Positions 1-9,805 of a stretch of 64,000 bases of DNA are shown in pieces. The stretch is taken from positions 20,280-84,279 of the forward strand of contig JBLKOK010000002.1 in the NCBI GenBank assembly GCA_047602735.1, written 5' to 3'. Every line of letters starts with the position of its first letter. Position 1 is the stretch's first letter. This DNA comes from Candidatus Woesearchaeota archaeon. GTDB lineage: Archaea > Nanobdellota > Nanobdellia > Woesearchaeales > 21-14-0-10-32-9. The notes under the pieces are model-generated. The model made no database searches. It had not been told where the DNA came from and saw only the letters and a program-made list of their open reading frames with translations. A program made the position numbers and the translations under genes.

Positions 1-609
1 AGGGTTGAGATTCAGGCTTTGTTTTTGGCTGTTTTTAGAGCTTTGAATTATTGTAATAAAAAGTTAGGATTAGATGTTGATAGTAGAGAAGATAAGTTAA
101 GGAAGTTAGTTAAAGATAGGTTGTTTAAGGATTATTTGAGGGATGGTTTTAATAAAAGACTTAGTAATACTATAAGGCCTAATGTTTTTTTAGCTTATTA
201 TGTTTATAAGGATTTTTTAAGTAAACAAGAATGGGAAGTTAGTTTTGATAAGGTTATTTCAGAGTGTTTTTTAGATTGGGGAGGTTTTAGTAGTATTTCA
301 AAGAATCATAGGTTGTTTAAAGAGGAATATACAGGAATTACTAATGAGAGTTATCATAGAGGAGATAGTTGGTTCTTTGTAAATAATATTGCTGCTATTT
401 GTTTGTTTGATTTAAATAAGAAGAAGTACGCTAAATATATTTCTAAGATTAAAGATGCTAGTTTGTTTGAGATGAATGAGTCTGGCGCGTTAGGTCATTG
501 CGCTGAGGTTAGTAGTGCTAAAGAGATTAGAAGTGAAGGTACGTTTGCTCAGGCTTGGAGTGCAGCTACACTTTACGAATTGTTAAGTTGTACTAATGAA
601 AAATTATGA
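1..609 (+). CDS. Amylo-alpha-1,6-glucosidase / glycogen debranching enzyme, C-terminal part (5' truncated by window)
   Basis: Frame is open from base 1 (RVEIQALF). Motifs YHRGDSW, GHCAEV and AQAWSAA are typical of GDE_C. Confidence 0.8.
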   Translation, partial: RVEIQALFLAVFRALNYCNKKLGLDVDSREDKLRKLVKDRLFKDYLRDGFNKRLSNTIRPNVFLAYYVYKDFLSKQEWEVSFDKVISECFLDWGGFSSISKNHRLFKEEYTGITNESYHRGDSWFFVNNIAAICLFDLNKKKYAKYISKIKDASLFEMNESGALGHCAEVSSAKEIRSEGTFAQAWSAATLYELLSCTNEKL

Positions 610-644
610 CAACTAATTTAAACTAATCTTTTTTTCTTTTATTT

Positions 645-1727
645 ATGCCAGTTGTAGATGTTAACACAGTTAAAGAAATAGTAATAGATAAAGAGCTTAA
701 AGAATTGATTAGCGAATCTAAAAAAGTTTATTTTGAAAATTTTGATAAACATACAAAGTTTGGTAGATGTTTATTTTTGAGTTGGTATTGTTCTTTGGGT
801 AATTGTGATTTTTGTTATAGAACTGTAGAAAAAAAAAGAATTGACCAGCCATCTTTAGCTAAAAGAAGAAAAGAATCAATTTATACAGAGGCTTTGATTG
901 CTAAAAAGCTTAATTGGGATTTAGAATTTTTGACAGGTGGTTATGGTATTTTTCCTTTTGATGAATTAGTTGAGATAAGTAAAGTTGTTAGTGAGATTTT
1001 TCAAAAAAAGATTTGGCTTAACATGGGTGTTATGAGTCGCCAACAATTAGAAATATTAAAGCCTTATATTGAAGGTTTTGTTGCTAGTGTTGAAACTTTA
1101 GAGCCAAAGCTTCATAAAAGAGTTGCTCCAGGAAAGCCTATTGCTCCTTTTGAACATATGTTAAAGACTGCTAAAGAGCTTGGTTTTAAAACAGGTTTTA
1201 CAATTATTTTAGGTTTAGGAGAGCCTAAAGAAGATTATAGTTATGTTAAGGATTTTATTGAAAAAAATAATATTGATAGGCTTACTTATTATGCTCTAAG
1301 ACCTGTTAAAGGTACAAGGTATAAGCAAGGTCCAGATCCTGAATATGTTGCTTGGTGGATTGCTAATACAAGGATTGATTTTCCTAAATTGGAGATTACT
1401 ATTGGTAGTGCTGAGACCAGGCTTCCAGAGATTAGTTTAATGTTAGACGCTGGAGCTAACATGGTTACTAAGCTTCCAGGCACCAGACTTTTTGGTACAG
1501 AAGGGGGTTTAAAATTTAAAGAGGAAGTTGAAAAAGCAAGTAGAGTTTTTGATAGCGAGTTTTTGTATCTGCCAAAAATTGATTGGGAAGAAGAAGTTAA
1601 AAATTTAGATATTAGCGATGATAGAAAAGAAAAATTAGTTTTAAAGTTAAAAGAGTATGAAACAAAAAGGTTGTTAAAGAAGTATAAGAATTTTAAGAGT
1701 TTAGTTTGTGAGCCTTGTAGTAGTTAG
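645..1727 (+). CDS. Radical SAM protein, BioB-like family
   Basis: CSLGNCDFC cluster motif, LTGG, SVET, IILGLGE, LRPVKGT, TRIDFP, LDAGAN. Confidence 0.85.
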   Translation: MPVVDVNTVKEIVIDKELKELISESKKVYFENFDKHTKFGRCLFLSWYCSLGNCDFCYRTVEKKRIDQPSLAKRRKESIYTEALIAKKLNWDLEFLTGGYGIFPFDELVEISKVVSEIFQKKIWLNMGVMSRQQLEILKPYIEGFVASVETLEPKLHKRVAPGKPIAPFEHMLKTAKELGFKTGFTIILGLGEPKEDYSYVKDFIEKNNIDRLTYYALRPVKGTRYKQGPDPEYVAWWIANTRIDFPKLEITIGSAETRLPEISLMLDAGANMVTKLPGTRLFGTEGGLKFKEEVEKASRVFDSEFLYLPKIDWEEEVKNLDISDDRKEKLVLKLKEYETKRLLKKYKNFKSLVCEPCSS

Positions 1728-2722
1728 TTTATTAGGTGTTCTTCGTTAAAGAATTTTATTATTATTAGACTTAGTGCTAATGTTATTGGTCCTATTATGA
1801 ATCCTATTACTCCAAATAGTGCTATTCCCCCAAGTATTCCTATAAGTATTATTAATGGATGAAGTCCTACCTTATCACCTATTATTTTTGGCTTAAGTAT
1901 ATTATCTATGTTCATTATTATTAGAACTCCAACAAGTAAGATACCAATTGCTGCAACTAAGTTTCCTTGATAAAAACTAATTATTACTGCAGGTACCCAA
2001 ACTATTGGTGGTCCAAGTAAGGGTATAAAGCTTAGTATTGCCATGATAAATCCCCAAAATATTGGGTTTGGTAATCCAAATGCCCAAAATGTTAGTCCAC
2101 CCACTATTCCTTGTAATACTGCCACTAAAAATTGTCCATATAAAACTCCTTTTATAACATTTGTTACGCTTTCTACTAATTCTTGTTTTTGTGTTTTTGA
2201 AAAGGGTAGTAAGTCTTTTATTTTTTCTACTATTTTTTCTCCTTCTTTAAATCCGTAATATAATACAAATAATAATACGAATAGTTTTATTAAAAGTTCT
2301 GCTGCGTATGATACTACTTCAGTTATGCTTCCCGTTAAGAAATCTCTAAAGTCAATTAATACAGGAAGTATTTGTTCTTCTAAATCTAATTCAAAACCTG
2401 TGTATTCAGATAGTGTATTTGTTGCTTCATCAAGATCTAAGTTAGATATTTGGGAATATACTGTTCTTGCTTCATCTACTACTGATGATGCTATTAAAAA
2501 TAAAGGTATAATTATGATTATTAATGTTAAAAAAGTCATAAAAAGACTTCTTATTGAATTGTTTTGCATATATTTTTTTAAGTATAAATTTACAGGGAAT
2601 AAAAACATTATTAGTACCATTCCAAATATCATGAATGCTAAGAAAGGTCTAAAAATTAAGAATGTTAAAATTATTGCACCTATGTATGCTAGTATTAATA
2701 CTATGTTTAGCTTTTTTTCCAT
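1724..2722 (-). CDS. AI-2E family (PerM/YdiK-like) membrane transporter
   Basis: Multiple TM helices with SFIPLLGPPIVW, IDNILKPKIIG and LHPLIILIGILGGIALFGVIGFIIGP. Confidence 0.9.
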   Translation of the reverse strand: MEKKLNIVLILAYIGAIILTFLIFRPFLAFMIFGMVLIMFLFPVNLYLKKYMQNNSIRSLFMTFLTLIIIIIPLFLIASSVVDEARTVYSQISNLDLDEATNTLSEYTGFELDLEEQILPVLIDFRDFLTGSITEVVSYAAELLIKLFVLLFVLYYGFKEGEKIVEKIKDLLPFSKTQKQELVESVTNVIKGVLYGQFLVAVLQGIVGGLTFWAFGLPNPIFWGFIMAILSFIPLLGPPIVWVPAVIISFYQGNLVAAIGILLVGVLIIMNIDNILKPKIIGDKVGLHPLIILIGILGGIALFGVIGFIIGPITLALSLIIIKFFNEEHLIN

Positions 2723-2812
2723 TTATTATTTTATTTTTGTTTTGTAGTTTTTATATGTTTCTTATAAATAATTATTTTCTATATAGAAATTAATTAATTA
2801 AAAAAATTTTAT

Positions 2813-4030
2813 TTATTCACTTCTTAGTGCGTCTACCGGGCTCATTTTGCTTGCTTGTTTTGCCGGTAAGTAACCTGATAACAATCCCAATATAAATGAA
2901 AATAGTAATGCTCCAACTAATAAAGTCCAACTATATGTTATAACTATAAATTTAGTTCCTAGCGCATTAAATGCAGCTATTTCAACTAGTTTTGCAAATC
3001 CTAAACCCAATGTTATACCTATTAGTCCTCCTACTAGTCCAAGAAGGCCTGATTCAAATAAGAAGACACTCAAAACATCTTTGTTTTTAGCACCGATTGC
3101 TTTCATAGTTCCAATTTCTTTTGTTCTTTCAAGAACACTAGTATACATGGTATTCATAATACCAATACCTCCAACGAGTAAACTAATACTTGCAATTCCA
3201 ACAATTACTGTTTGAACTATTAAAAAAATATCTAAGAAACTGTTTATCACATTTTCAAAAGTTTCTACTTGAAAATCTTCTTGACCTATAGAAACATCTC
3301 TATGTCTTCTAAGTTCTTGTTCTACAAATGGAACTATTTGAGCAGGTTCTCGTCCTTGTTGTACTTGTACTATTATTTGATTTACTTGTTGATTTGTTAC
3401 AAAAAGGTCCTCAAAAGCTTCTTTTGTTATAAAAACTGATCTGTCATCTGGTTCGTTTCCAAGTCTTTGGTTTATACCAACAACTTCAAATCTCTCTCCG
3501 TTTATCTCTATGTTTCTTCCTGTTCTAAGATTAGTATTAAAACCCTCAAAGTTTGCATAATCATAACCAATTATTGCTTTTCTTCTATCTCCTTGACGTA
3601 AACTTCTTCCTTCAATTATATCTAATTGTAGTGTTTCTTCTATTAATCTTTGACTTGAATCTGTTTTAATACCTACAAGTACATAAAAACCTATATCTTC
3701 TCGTCCCCATTCCATTTGAGCAGATCTAAATACTATGGATCCTACTTCTAAAACGCCTTGTGCTCTTTTTATTGCATCTACATCGCTTTGCGTTAGAGGA
3801 TTGTTTGATGTGTCTGCTGCAGAAAATTGACCTCCTGCAGGACTTACTAGTATTTTATCTGCTCCAAGTTCTCTAAATTGCTCATCTAATGCATTTTGTA
3901 ATCCTTGCCCTATTGTTATTAGTCCTACAACTGCTGCAATACCTATTATTATTCCAAGTATGGTTAAGTAACTTCTAAGTTTTCTGTTTTTTAAATTCTT
4001 CAAACTTATTTTTGCGTATTCTTGTTTCAT
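2813..4030 (-). CDS. ABC transporter permease, MacB/FtsX family
   Basis: RSYLTILGIIIGIAAVV, VGGIGIMNTMYTSVLERTKEIG, PAKQASKMSPVDALR. Confidence 0.93.
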   Translation of the reverse strand: MKQEYAKISLKNLKNRKLRSYLTILGIIIGIAAVVGLITIGQGLQNALDEQFRELGADKILVSPAGGQFSAADTSNNPLTQSDVDAIKRAQGVLEVGSIVFRSAQMEWGREDIGFYVLVGIKTDSSQRLIEETLQLDIIEGRSLRQGDRRKAIIGYDYANFEGFNTNLRTGRNIEINGERFEVVGINQRLGNEPDDRSVFITKEAFEDLFVTNQQVNQIIVQVQQGREPAQIVPFVEQELRRHRDVSIGQEDFQVETFENVINSFLDIFLIVQTVIVGIASISLLVGGIGIMNTMYTSVLERTKEIGTMKAIGAKNKDVLSVFLFESGLLGLVGGLIGITLGLGFAKLVEIAAFNALGTKFIVITYSWTLLVGALLFSFILGLLSGYLPAKQASKMSPVDALRSE

Positions 4031-5244
4031 TTTCTTAAAGCATCTACTGGTTTTAGCTTACTTGCATTTCTTGCAGGTAATGTTCCTGCTATTGTTCCAA
4101 CTACGAATGAAAATATTAAAGCGCCAAGTATTAATTGTATGGTGAAGTTTGTTTGTAATAATTCTGTGCCTAATGCAAATCTACCTATGATTTCTACTAT
4201 TTTTGCAAGTATTACACCAAGTATTATACCAATTATTCCTCCGGCTAGTCCTAACATTCCAGATTCTATAAAAAATAAATTGAATATGTTTGAATTTTTA
4301 GCTCCAATTGCTTTCATTATGCCTATTTCTTTTGTTCTTTCAAGAACACTAGTATACATGGTATTCATAATACCAATACCTCCAACGAGTAAACTAATAC
4401 TTGCAATTCCAACAATCACTATTGTTATAGCAGTTAAGATTGTGCTTATTGATTCGAGTGTTTGTTGAGATGTTTGTACTTGAAAATCTTCTCTTCCAAG
4501 TTCAAGGTTTCTATGTCTTCTTAAATCTCTTCTTATTCTGTCTGTCACTTCATCTATTTGATCTATGTTTGTAGCTCTTGCAGTTATTACCGAAACTTTT
4601 TCAGGTATGTCTAATAATTGTCTTAAATCATTTTCATTCATAACTATAGATCCGTCTACTTGAAAGCTTCCTGTTCTTTTGTAAACGCCAACTACTTCAA
4701 ATTCTTCTCCTTGAATTATTACTTTATCTCTTGGTCTAAGTATTGATCCAAGTCTTTCTCTTTCATAAAAACTATGTCCTACTACTATTTTGTTAATATC
4801 TTGAGAAGTAATATCTCTTCCAATTTCTATTTCGTAATTAAATGCTTCTGTAACAAATCTTCTTTGATCTAAATCTTGGGGCATGCTTACAACAAAATTA
4901 GTTCTTACCACATCTTTTTTTTGTATTAATACTTGTTCTAATAGCCTGGCGGCAGCTTGTTCTACACCTAAGGATCTTTGAACAACTTCTAAATCTTGAT
5001 TTGTTAATGGGTTTGCAACACTAGTTCCGGGAGGTCCAAATCCAAGACCGCTGGCTTGTATTGTTATTCTATCTGCTCCAAGTGCTTGAAATTGAGAAGA
5101 TACAGCAAGCTCTAGTCCTTGTCCAAGACTTATTAAGGAAACTATTGCAGCTATACCTATAAATATTCCAAGCATTGTAAGCCAGCTCCTAATGCCTCGT
5201 TTTTTGAGGCTTAGAACAGCTAGCTTTATGTATTCAGAGATCAT
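4027..5244 (-). CDS. ABC transporter permease, MacB/FtsX family (paralogue)
   Basis: Same motifs as the neighbouring permease; overlaps it by 4 bp. Confidence 0.93.
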   Translation of the reverse strand: MISEYIKLAVLSLKKRGIRSWLTMLGIFIGIAAIVSLISLGQGLELAVSSQFQALGADRITIQASGLGFGPPGTSVANPLTNQDLEVVQRSLGVEQAAARLLEQVLIQKKDVVRTNFVVSMPQDLDQRRFVTEAFNYEIEIGRDITSQDINKIVVGHSFYERERLGSILRPRDKVIIQGEEFEVVGVYKRTGSFQVDGSIVMNENDLRQLLDIPEKVSVITARATNIDQIDEVTDRIRRDLRRHRNLELGREDFQVQTSQQTLESISTILTAITIVIVGIASISLLVGGIGIMNTMYTSVLERTKEIGIMKAIGAKNSNIFNLFFIESGMLGLAGGIIGIILGVILAKIVEIIGRFALGTELLQTNFTIQLILGALIFSFVVGTIAGTLPARNASKLKPVDALRK

Positions 5245-6436
5245 CTGCTTTCTTCTTCTTTTTTTTACGGTATACGTAATAAGCTATTGCTCCAACTATT
5301 ATTAGTAATAATATTACATTAAACGCCGAGCCACTTCTATGACCTTCTCTTAGATTAAGTTCTACGTTTGTAGTATAGCTAAATTCGTTATTTAATGCGT
5401 CAACATAATTTATTTTTACAGGTATTGATAACTTATCTTCATTAGCCGTAATTCTATATCTTACTGTGTCAAAATCATCACTATCTATGTTTCCAAGGTA
5501 TTGAGTATTACTTGGACTTTGTAAAGTAAATGAGTCAGAATCTTCAAGAGATATTGTTGTCATCTTTATATCCGTAAATCCTCTGTTTAAAATTAAAAAT
5601 GTGACATCTCCAGTTCTTTGATTAGTTGTTAGAGTTGATTGATCAACAACAACTAATAGTTCTGCGTCTGCATTAACTCTTAAACCAGTTATTAGATTTG
5701 ATGTTCTTTGATTTCCTGAATCATCAAAATACCTTACACTTAAAGGTAATTTGTATATATCTGCTGTTGCACTTGGCATTGCCACCATTTTATATGTGAA
5801 TTCAGATGTTTGACTTGGATTTATCCTATTTATTGACATTTGATTTGTTGTTAAAGGTACAAAAGGCAAGTTTTGTATTATTGTTCCTCCAACTATGTTT
5901 GGTGCAATATCTAAATCAACTATAACATCTCTTACCGGTGCTGATGCTAAGTTTCTTACAGCTATTGTTAAATCGAATTCTTGTCCTGGAACAATTATTT
6001 CAGGATCTGTTCTAACTGAGCTTATTGATACTACTGGTTCAGCGCTTCTTACTTGTATAGGAAGATTTCTTGTTGCTTCCCCAGGCACATTTCCTAATCT
6101 ATAAATTAGGTTTGCAAATACTTGTCCATCTGGAGCATTTTGATCTATTTGAACTGTGTATTTTATTGTAAAATCCCTGAATGTTCCTATAACAGGTATT
6201 GTTGTTGTTCTTCTTTGTTCAGATGTAAGTCTTACAAAGTTAGAATCTATAAACTCTACTTCTAAGTCTCTTACATCACTTTGTCCTGTATTTGTAAAAG
6301 TAACATATATGTCTGTTGTTTGTCCTTGTACAGCCGGTCTTGGTTCTTGCTGAGCTAAATCTATTAGTACCAATGGTTGCGCTAACGCAATTGGTAGTAG
6401 ACTGATTGCAAGAATCATCATTAATATTTTTTTCAT
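5234..6436 (-). CDS. COG1361-type S-layer-domain membrane-anchored protein
   Basis: Signal peptide, repeated Ig-like beta domains, C-terminal TM plus KKKKK tail. This is the usual partner of archaeal MacB-type ABC operons. Confidence 0.75.
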   Translation of the reverse strand: MKKILMMILAISLLPIALAQPLVLIDLAQQEPRPAVQGQTTDIYVTFTNTGQSDVRDLEVEFIDSNFVRLTSEQRRTTTIPVIGTFRDFTIKYTVQIDQNAPDGQVFANLIYRLGNVPGEATRNLPIQVRSAEPVVSISSVRTDPEIIVPGQEFDLTIAVRNLASAPVRDVIVDLDIAPNIVGGTIIQNLPFVPLTTNQMSINRINPSQTSEFTYKMVAMPSATADIYKLPLSVRYFDDSGNQRTSNLITGLRVNADAELLVVVDQSTLTTNQRTGDVTFLILNRGFTDIKMTTISLEDSDSFTLQSPSNTQYLGNIDSDDFDTVRYRITANEDKLSIPVKINYVDALNNEFSYTTNVELNLREGHRSGSAFNVILLLIIVGAIAYYVYRKKKKKKADDL

Positions 6437-7155
6437 TTTACTTTTTCCTCCTCTAGTCTTTTTGTTGTATCTTCACTTAAACTTTTTACTATAAACCCAT
6501 CTTTTATGTATACTCTTCGTGGAGCCATGTTTGCTATTTTTTCATCGTGTGTTACTATTACAAGTGTTACTTTTTCTTCTTTCCATCTTTTCATCAAGAA
6601 TTCCATTACAGATTTTCCTGATTTGCTATCAAGATTTCCTGTAGGTTCATCTGCAAGTATTAATTCAGGTTCGTTGCTTAACGCTCTTGCTATTGCTACT
6701 CTTTGTTGTTGTCCACCTGATAGTTGGTTTGGTGTGTGATGTGCTCTGTCATCTAGAGTTACTAGTTCTAAGAATTTTTTTGCTCTTTTTTCTCTTTCTT
6801 GTTGAGATACGTTTTGAAAAATTAATGGGAGAGTTACGTTTTCTGAAGCGGTTAAACTTGGCAGTAAATTAAATTGTTGAAATATAAATCCTATTGTTTT
6901 TCCTCTTATTTGAGCAAGGTCTGATTCTGTCATTTTTGCTATGTCTTTTCCAGATAGTTTTATTGTTCCTTTTGAGGGTATATCTAAGCACCCTACCATG
7001 TTCATCAAAGTACTTTTTCCACTCCCTGATGGACCTGTTATTGCTACAAATTCTCCTTTTTTGATTTGTAAATCTACACCTCTTAATGCGTGGACTTTTA
7101 CTTGTCCCATTTTGTATGTTTTCCATACGTCTTTTAGTTCTATTATTGTTTTCAT
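6433..7155 (-). CDS. ABC transporter ATP-binding protein (LolD/MacB-like)
   Basis: GPSGSGKS, LSGGQQQRVAIARAL, ILADEPTGNLD, VTHD. Confidence 0.96.
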   Translation of the reverse strand: MKTIIELKDVWKTYKMGQVKVHALRGVDLQIKKGEFVAITGPSGSGKSTLMNMVGCLDIPSKGTIKLSGKDIAKMTESDLAQIRGKTIGFIFQQFNLLPSLTASENVTLPLIFQNVSQQEREKRAKKFLELVTLDDRAHHTPNQLSGGQQQRVAIARALSNEPELILADEPTGNLDSKSGKSVMEFLMKRWKEEKVTLVIVTHDEKIANMAPRRVYIKDGFIVKSLSEDTTKRLEEEKVK

Positions 7156-7649
7156 TTTATTTTTTTTAGCTCTGCAATTGTTTTTTTGAATACTTCTTTT
7201 ATTTTTTGTTTGTTTTTCTTATAGTTTTTACTTGTAAGTATTCTGAATGTTTCTTTTTTTAGTTGTGATGATTCTTTTTCTATGTCAGAGAAGTTTATGT
7301 TGTCTTCTTTTAGTTGTTGTAGTACTTTTTGATCTATGCCAGAATCTACACCATATATTTCTTTCATTAGAAGATGTGATTTTTCTAGTAGTTGTAAGAA
7401 TTCTTTTTTGTTTTTTGATAGTTTTTCTAGTTGTTTTTTTCCTTTAGCAGTTATTGTGTAAATTTTTTTGTTCTTTTCTTCTTTTATTTTCGCTAGACCT
7501 TCTTTTTCTATTTGCTCTAGCTGAGGATATAATGATCCAGGACTTGGTTTCCAATGATAGTCTTGTTCTATTTTTTTTATTATTTGAGATCCTGATAGCG
7601 GTTCATTTAGTATAGAATTTAGTATTGTTGTTTTTAGCTGACCTCTCAT
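7152..7649 (-). CDS. PadR family transcriptional regulator
   Basis: WKPSPGSLYPQL and KKIYTITAKGK wHTH signature; first gene of the ABC operon. Confidence 0.9.
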   Translation of the reverse strand: MRGQLKTTILNSILNEPLSGSQIIKKIEQDYHWKPSPGSLYPQLEQIEKEGLAKIKEEKNKKIYTITAKGKKQLEKLSKNKKEFLQLLEKSHLLMKEIYGVDSGIDQKVLQQLKEDNINFSDIEKESSQLKKETFRILTSKNYKKNKQKIKEVFKKTIAELKKIK

Positions 7650-7652
7650 TTT

Positions 7653-7680
7653 TATCGTTTCCGATATATCGGAAGCGATA
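7653..7680. promoter_or_regulatory. Palindromic operator of the padR-ABC operon
   Basis: TATCGTTTCCGATA|TATCGGAAGCGATA, a 28-bp inverted repeat with 1 mismatch, between a TTTAAATA box (minus strand, ~7685-7692) and the padR ATG at 7649. Confidence 0.8.
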
Positions 7681-7693
7681 TTAGTATTTAAAT

Positions 7694-8608
7694 TTAGCGA
7701 TTTAAGATATCTTCCATAACTAAATATGCTTTTTTTTCTATACTTGATTTTATTCCATGTATAGGTTTAGAATAAAGTTTTTCTCTTCTTAAATCAAATA
7801 TTTTGTTAGCTTTTTTTTCAAGTAAAATCTCATTTTTAAAATCTTTTGCGCCGTAAGATTCAAATATTATTTTAACAACATCATAATCAAATAGTTTTTC
7901 GTTTCCCATAGTGTTTAAAGTAAATGAAATTAAATCCTTTATTCTTCTTTGTCTAAACAACATATTAGGATTTGTTTTAAATTCAAAATCAAATATGTGC
8001 GTGTATTGACCCGTGCTACCCGTGTTTCCTATTTTCGCATCACCCCAGATAATTCCAGAGTCATGAAGTAACCTTATTTTACTAGATACCAATCCTAAGT
8101 ATTCTTTTAAGAAGTCAGAGTCAGAGTTTTCAAAAAAGTTTTTTGAATTCATAAAGTCAGATTCATATTTTGTTATTAATACATCTTCTAATGGTTTTGA
8201 AAAATCATTTTGAAGATATTGTCTGGATTTAAAAGATGCCAATCCTAGTTTATCTAATTTTAATTTTTCTATTCTTGTTAAAATGTTATTTTCTCTTTTT
8301 ACTTTATCCCTTATAGATTCAGAAATAATAAATTCATCGTTAAATTTTTTTTCTATTTTAGGTCTTTTTTCTAAGATAAATTTTTTTCCAATTAATGTAG
8401 GAGTTTTTATGTCTAGGATTTCCTCTTGATACAATATTTGATCATGATAATTTACAAAGCCTCCTGATGCGTTTTCTTTACCCCCAAATTTTACTCCTAA
8501 GAACTTGAATTCTTCTTCAGTGTTAAATATTTTGAATTTAGCTTTTTTTCTTGTACTTCTTACAAATTCTTCTAATTGAGATATATTATCTGCTGTTTGT
8601 ATGTTCAT
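7694..8608 (-). CDS. Protein-kinase-like (Bud32/Kdo-kinase-like) protein
   Basis: LHDSGIIWGDAKIGN catalytic-loop-like and IFDFEF DFG-like motifs. Confidence 0.6.
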   Translation of the reverse strand: MNIQTADNISQLEEFVRSTRKKAKFKIFNTEEEFKFLGVKFGGKENASGGFVNYHDQILYQEEILDIKTPTLIGKKFILEKRPKIEKKFNDEFIISESIRDKVKRENNILTRIEKLKLDKLGLASFKSRQYLQNDFSKPLEDVLITKYESDFMNSKNFFENSDSDFLKEYLGLVSSKIRLLHDSGIIWGDAKIGNTGSTGQYTHIFDFEFKTNPNMLFRQRRIKDLISFTLNTMGNEKLFDYDVVKIIFESYGAKDFKNEILLEKKANKIFDLRREKLYSKPIHGIKSSIEKKAYLVMEDILNR

Positions 8609-8706
8609 TACTAATTAGTAAACAATTATTTTATTTAAAGCTTTATCATATATATTTAATAAAATATTTAAATAATAGTTGATTATTTGTTACTAAAGGT
8701 GATTAA

Positions 8707-8958
8707 ATGGCACAAATACGTTTGGAAGTTGATAATTATACAAAAAAAGTTTTAGATGTTGTTAAAGGTAAACATGGTCTAAAAAACAGAGATGCTGCTT
8801 TAAAAAAATTTGTTGAATTACATGGAGAAAATTATGTTGAAAAAGAACCTAATGAGTTATTTTTAAAGGAGCTTGATGAAAAGTATGAAAGACATATTAA
8901 AAAATATGGTACAAAAAGTATGTCTGAAGAAGAACTTGATGAATTATTAGGTTTATAA
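8707..8958 (+). CDS. Antitoxin (DUF2683/RHH-like)
   Basis: Short protein with VLDVVKGKHGLKNRDAAL and an acidic C-terminus, directly upstream of a RelE-like gene. Confidence 0.7.
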   Translation: MAQIRLEVDNYTKKVLDVVKGKHGLKNRDAALKKFVELHGENYVEKEPNELFLKELDEKYERHIKKYGTKSMSEEELDELLGL

Positions 8959-8959
8959 A

Positions 8960-9235
8960 ATGTTTAGTTATAACATAGAAATTAATCTAAAGAAAAAGCT
9001 AAAAATATTGGCAAAAAAAGATAAGATATTAGCAAATAATTTTAAGAAAAAAGTATTTGAAATAATAAATCACAATATAGATACTATTACTACTTATAAA
9101 AATTTAAAAAGCCCTATGAATGAGTTTAAAAGAATACATCTGACTAAGAATTTTATTTTAATTTTTAAAGTAGATTTAGAGAATAAACACATTGTTTTTA
9201 TAGAAATAGCCCACATAGATAAAGTCTATAAATGA
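8960..9235 (+). CDS. RelE/YafQ-family toxin
   Basis: Basic 91-aa protein with YKNLKSPMNEFKRIH and FIEIAHIDKVY. Confidence 0.8.
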   Translation: MFSYNIEINLKKKLKILAKKDKILANNFKKKVFEIINHNIDTITTYKNLKSPMNEFKRIHLTKNFILIFKVDLENKHIVFIEIAHIDKVYK

Positions 9236-9290
9236 TTTTTTCTCGAACTAATTTAAATTAATACTATAATCTGTTTATTGAAAAATAATA

Positions 9291-9363
9291 AGCCTCTGGT
9301 GGGAGTTGCACCCACGACCTTTAGATTACAAGTCTAACGCAATAGCTACTATGCTACAGAGGC
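9291..9363 (-). tRNA. tRNA-Thr(TGT)
   Basis: Minus strand gives a GCCTCTG/CAGAGGC acceptor stem, anticodon arm TTAGA-CT TGT AA-TCTAA and T arm GTGGG-TGCAACT-CCCAC. No encoded CCA. Confidence 0.9.
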
Positions 9364-9412
9364 GTATAGATTATGAAGAACAGTTATTTCTTTAAAAAGA
9401 TTACCATAAATC

Positions 9413-9805
9413 TTAAAACATTATTAAGAAAATAGTTAGTGCAGTAAAAAATCCAAGTAATAGACCATAAAATACTTGTTTTTTAGTATGCCCGTTAACT
9501 AGTTCTAGTTTATCTTCGGGTTTTTTAACCAAAGAGTTTAATAAAGTCCCTTGTTTTCCAACGCTATATCTAAGTCCTGATGCGTCCACCATTATTATTG
9601 AAAGTAATACTATTGCTAAAAAAAAGGTGCTTGTAAGTCCTTCTGCAAATAGTATAGCGAAGGTTATTGAAGATATTGCTGTTGTATGTTGGCTTGGCAT
9701 CCCCCCGTTTTTGAATCCTGCTTTAAAGCTTTTTGAAATACTAGCTTTTATTATAACAGATAATATCCATGCAATTGTTATTGTTAAAAAATAGTATAAT
9801 ATCAT
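9413..9805 (-). CDS. Divergent PAP2 family (DUF212) membrane protein
   Basis: GGMPSQHT, MVDASGLRYSVG, GHTKKQV. Confidence 0.85.
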   Translation of the reverse strand: MILYYFLTITIAWILSVIIKASISKSFKAGFKNGGMPSQHTTAISSITFAILFAEGLTSTFFLAIVLLSIIMVDASGLRYSVGKQGTLLNSLVKKPEDKLELVNGHTKKQVFYGLLLGFFTALTIFLIMF

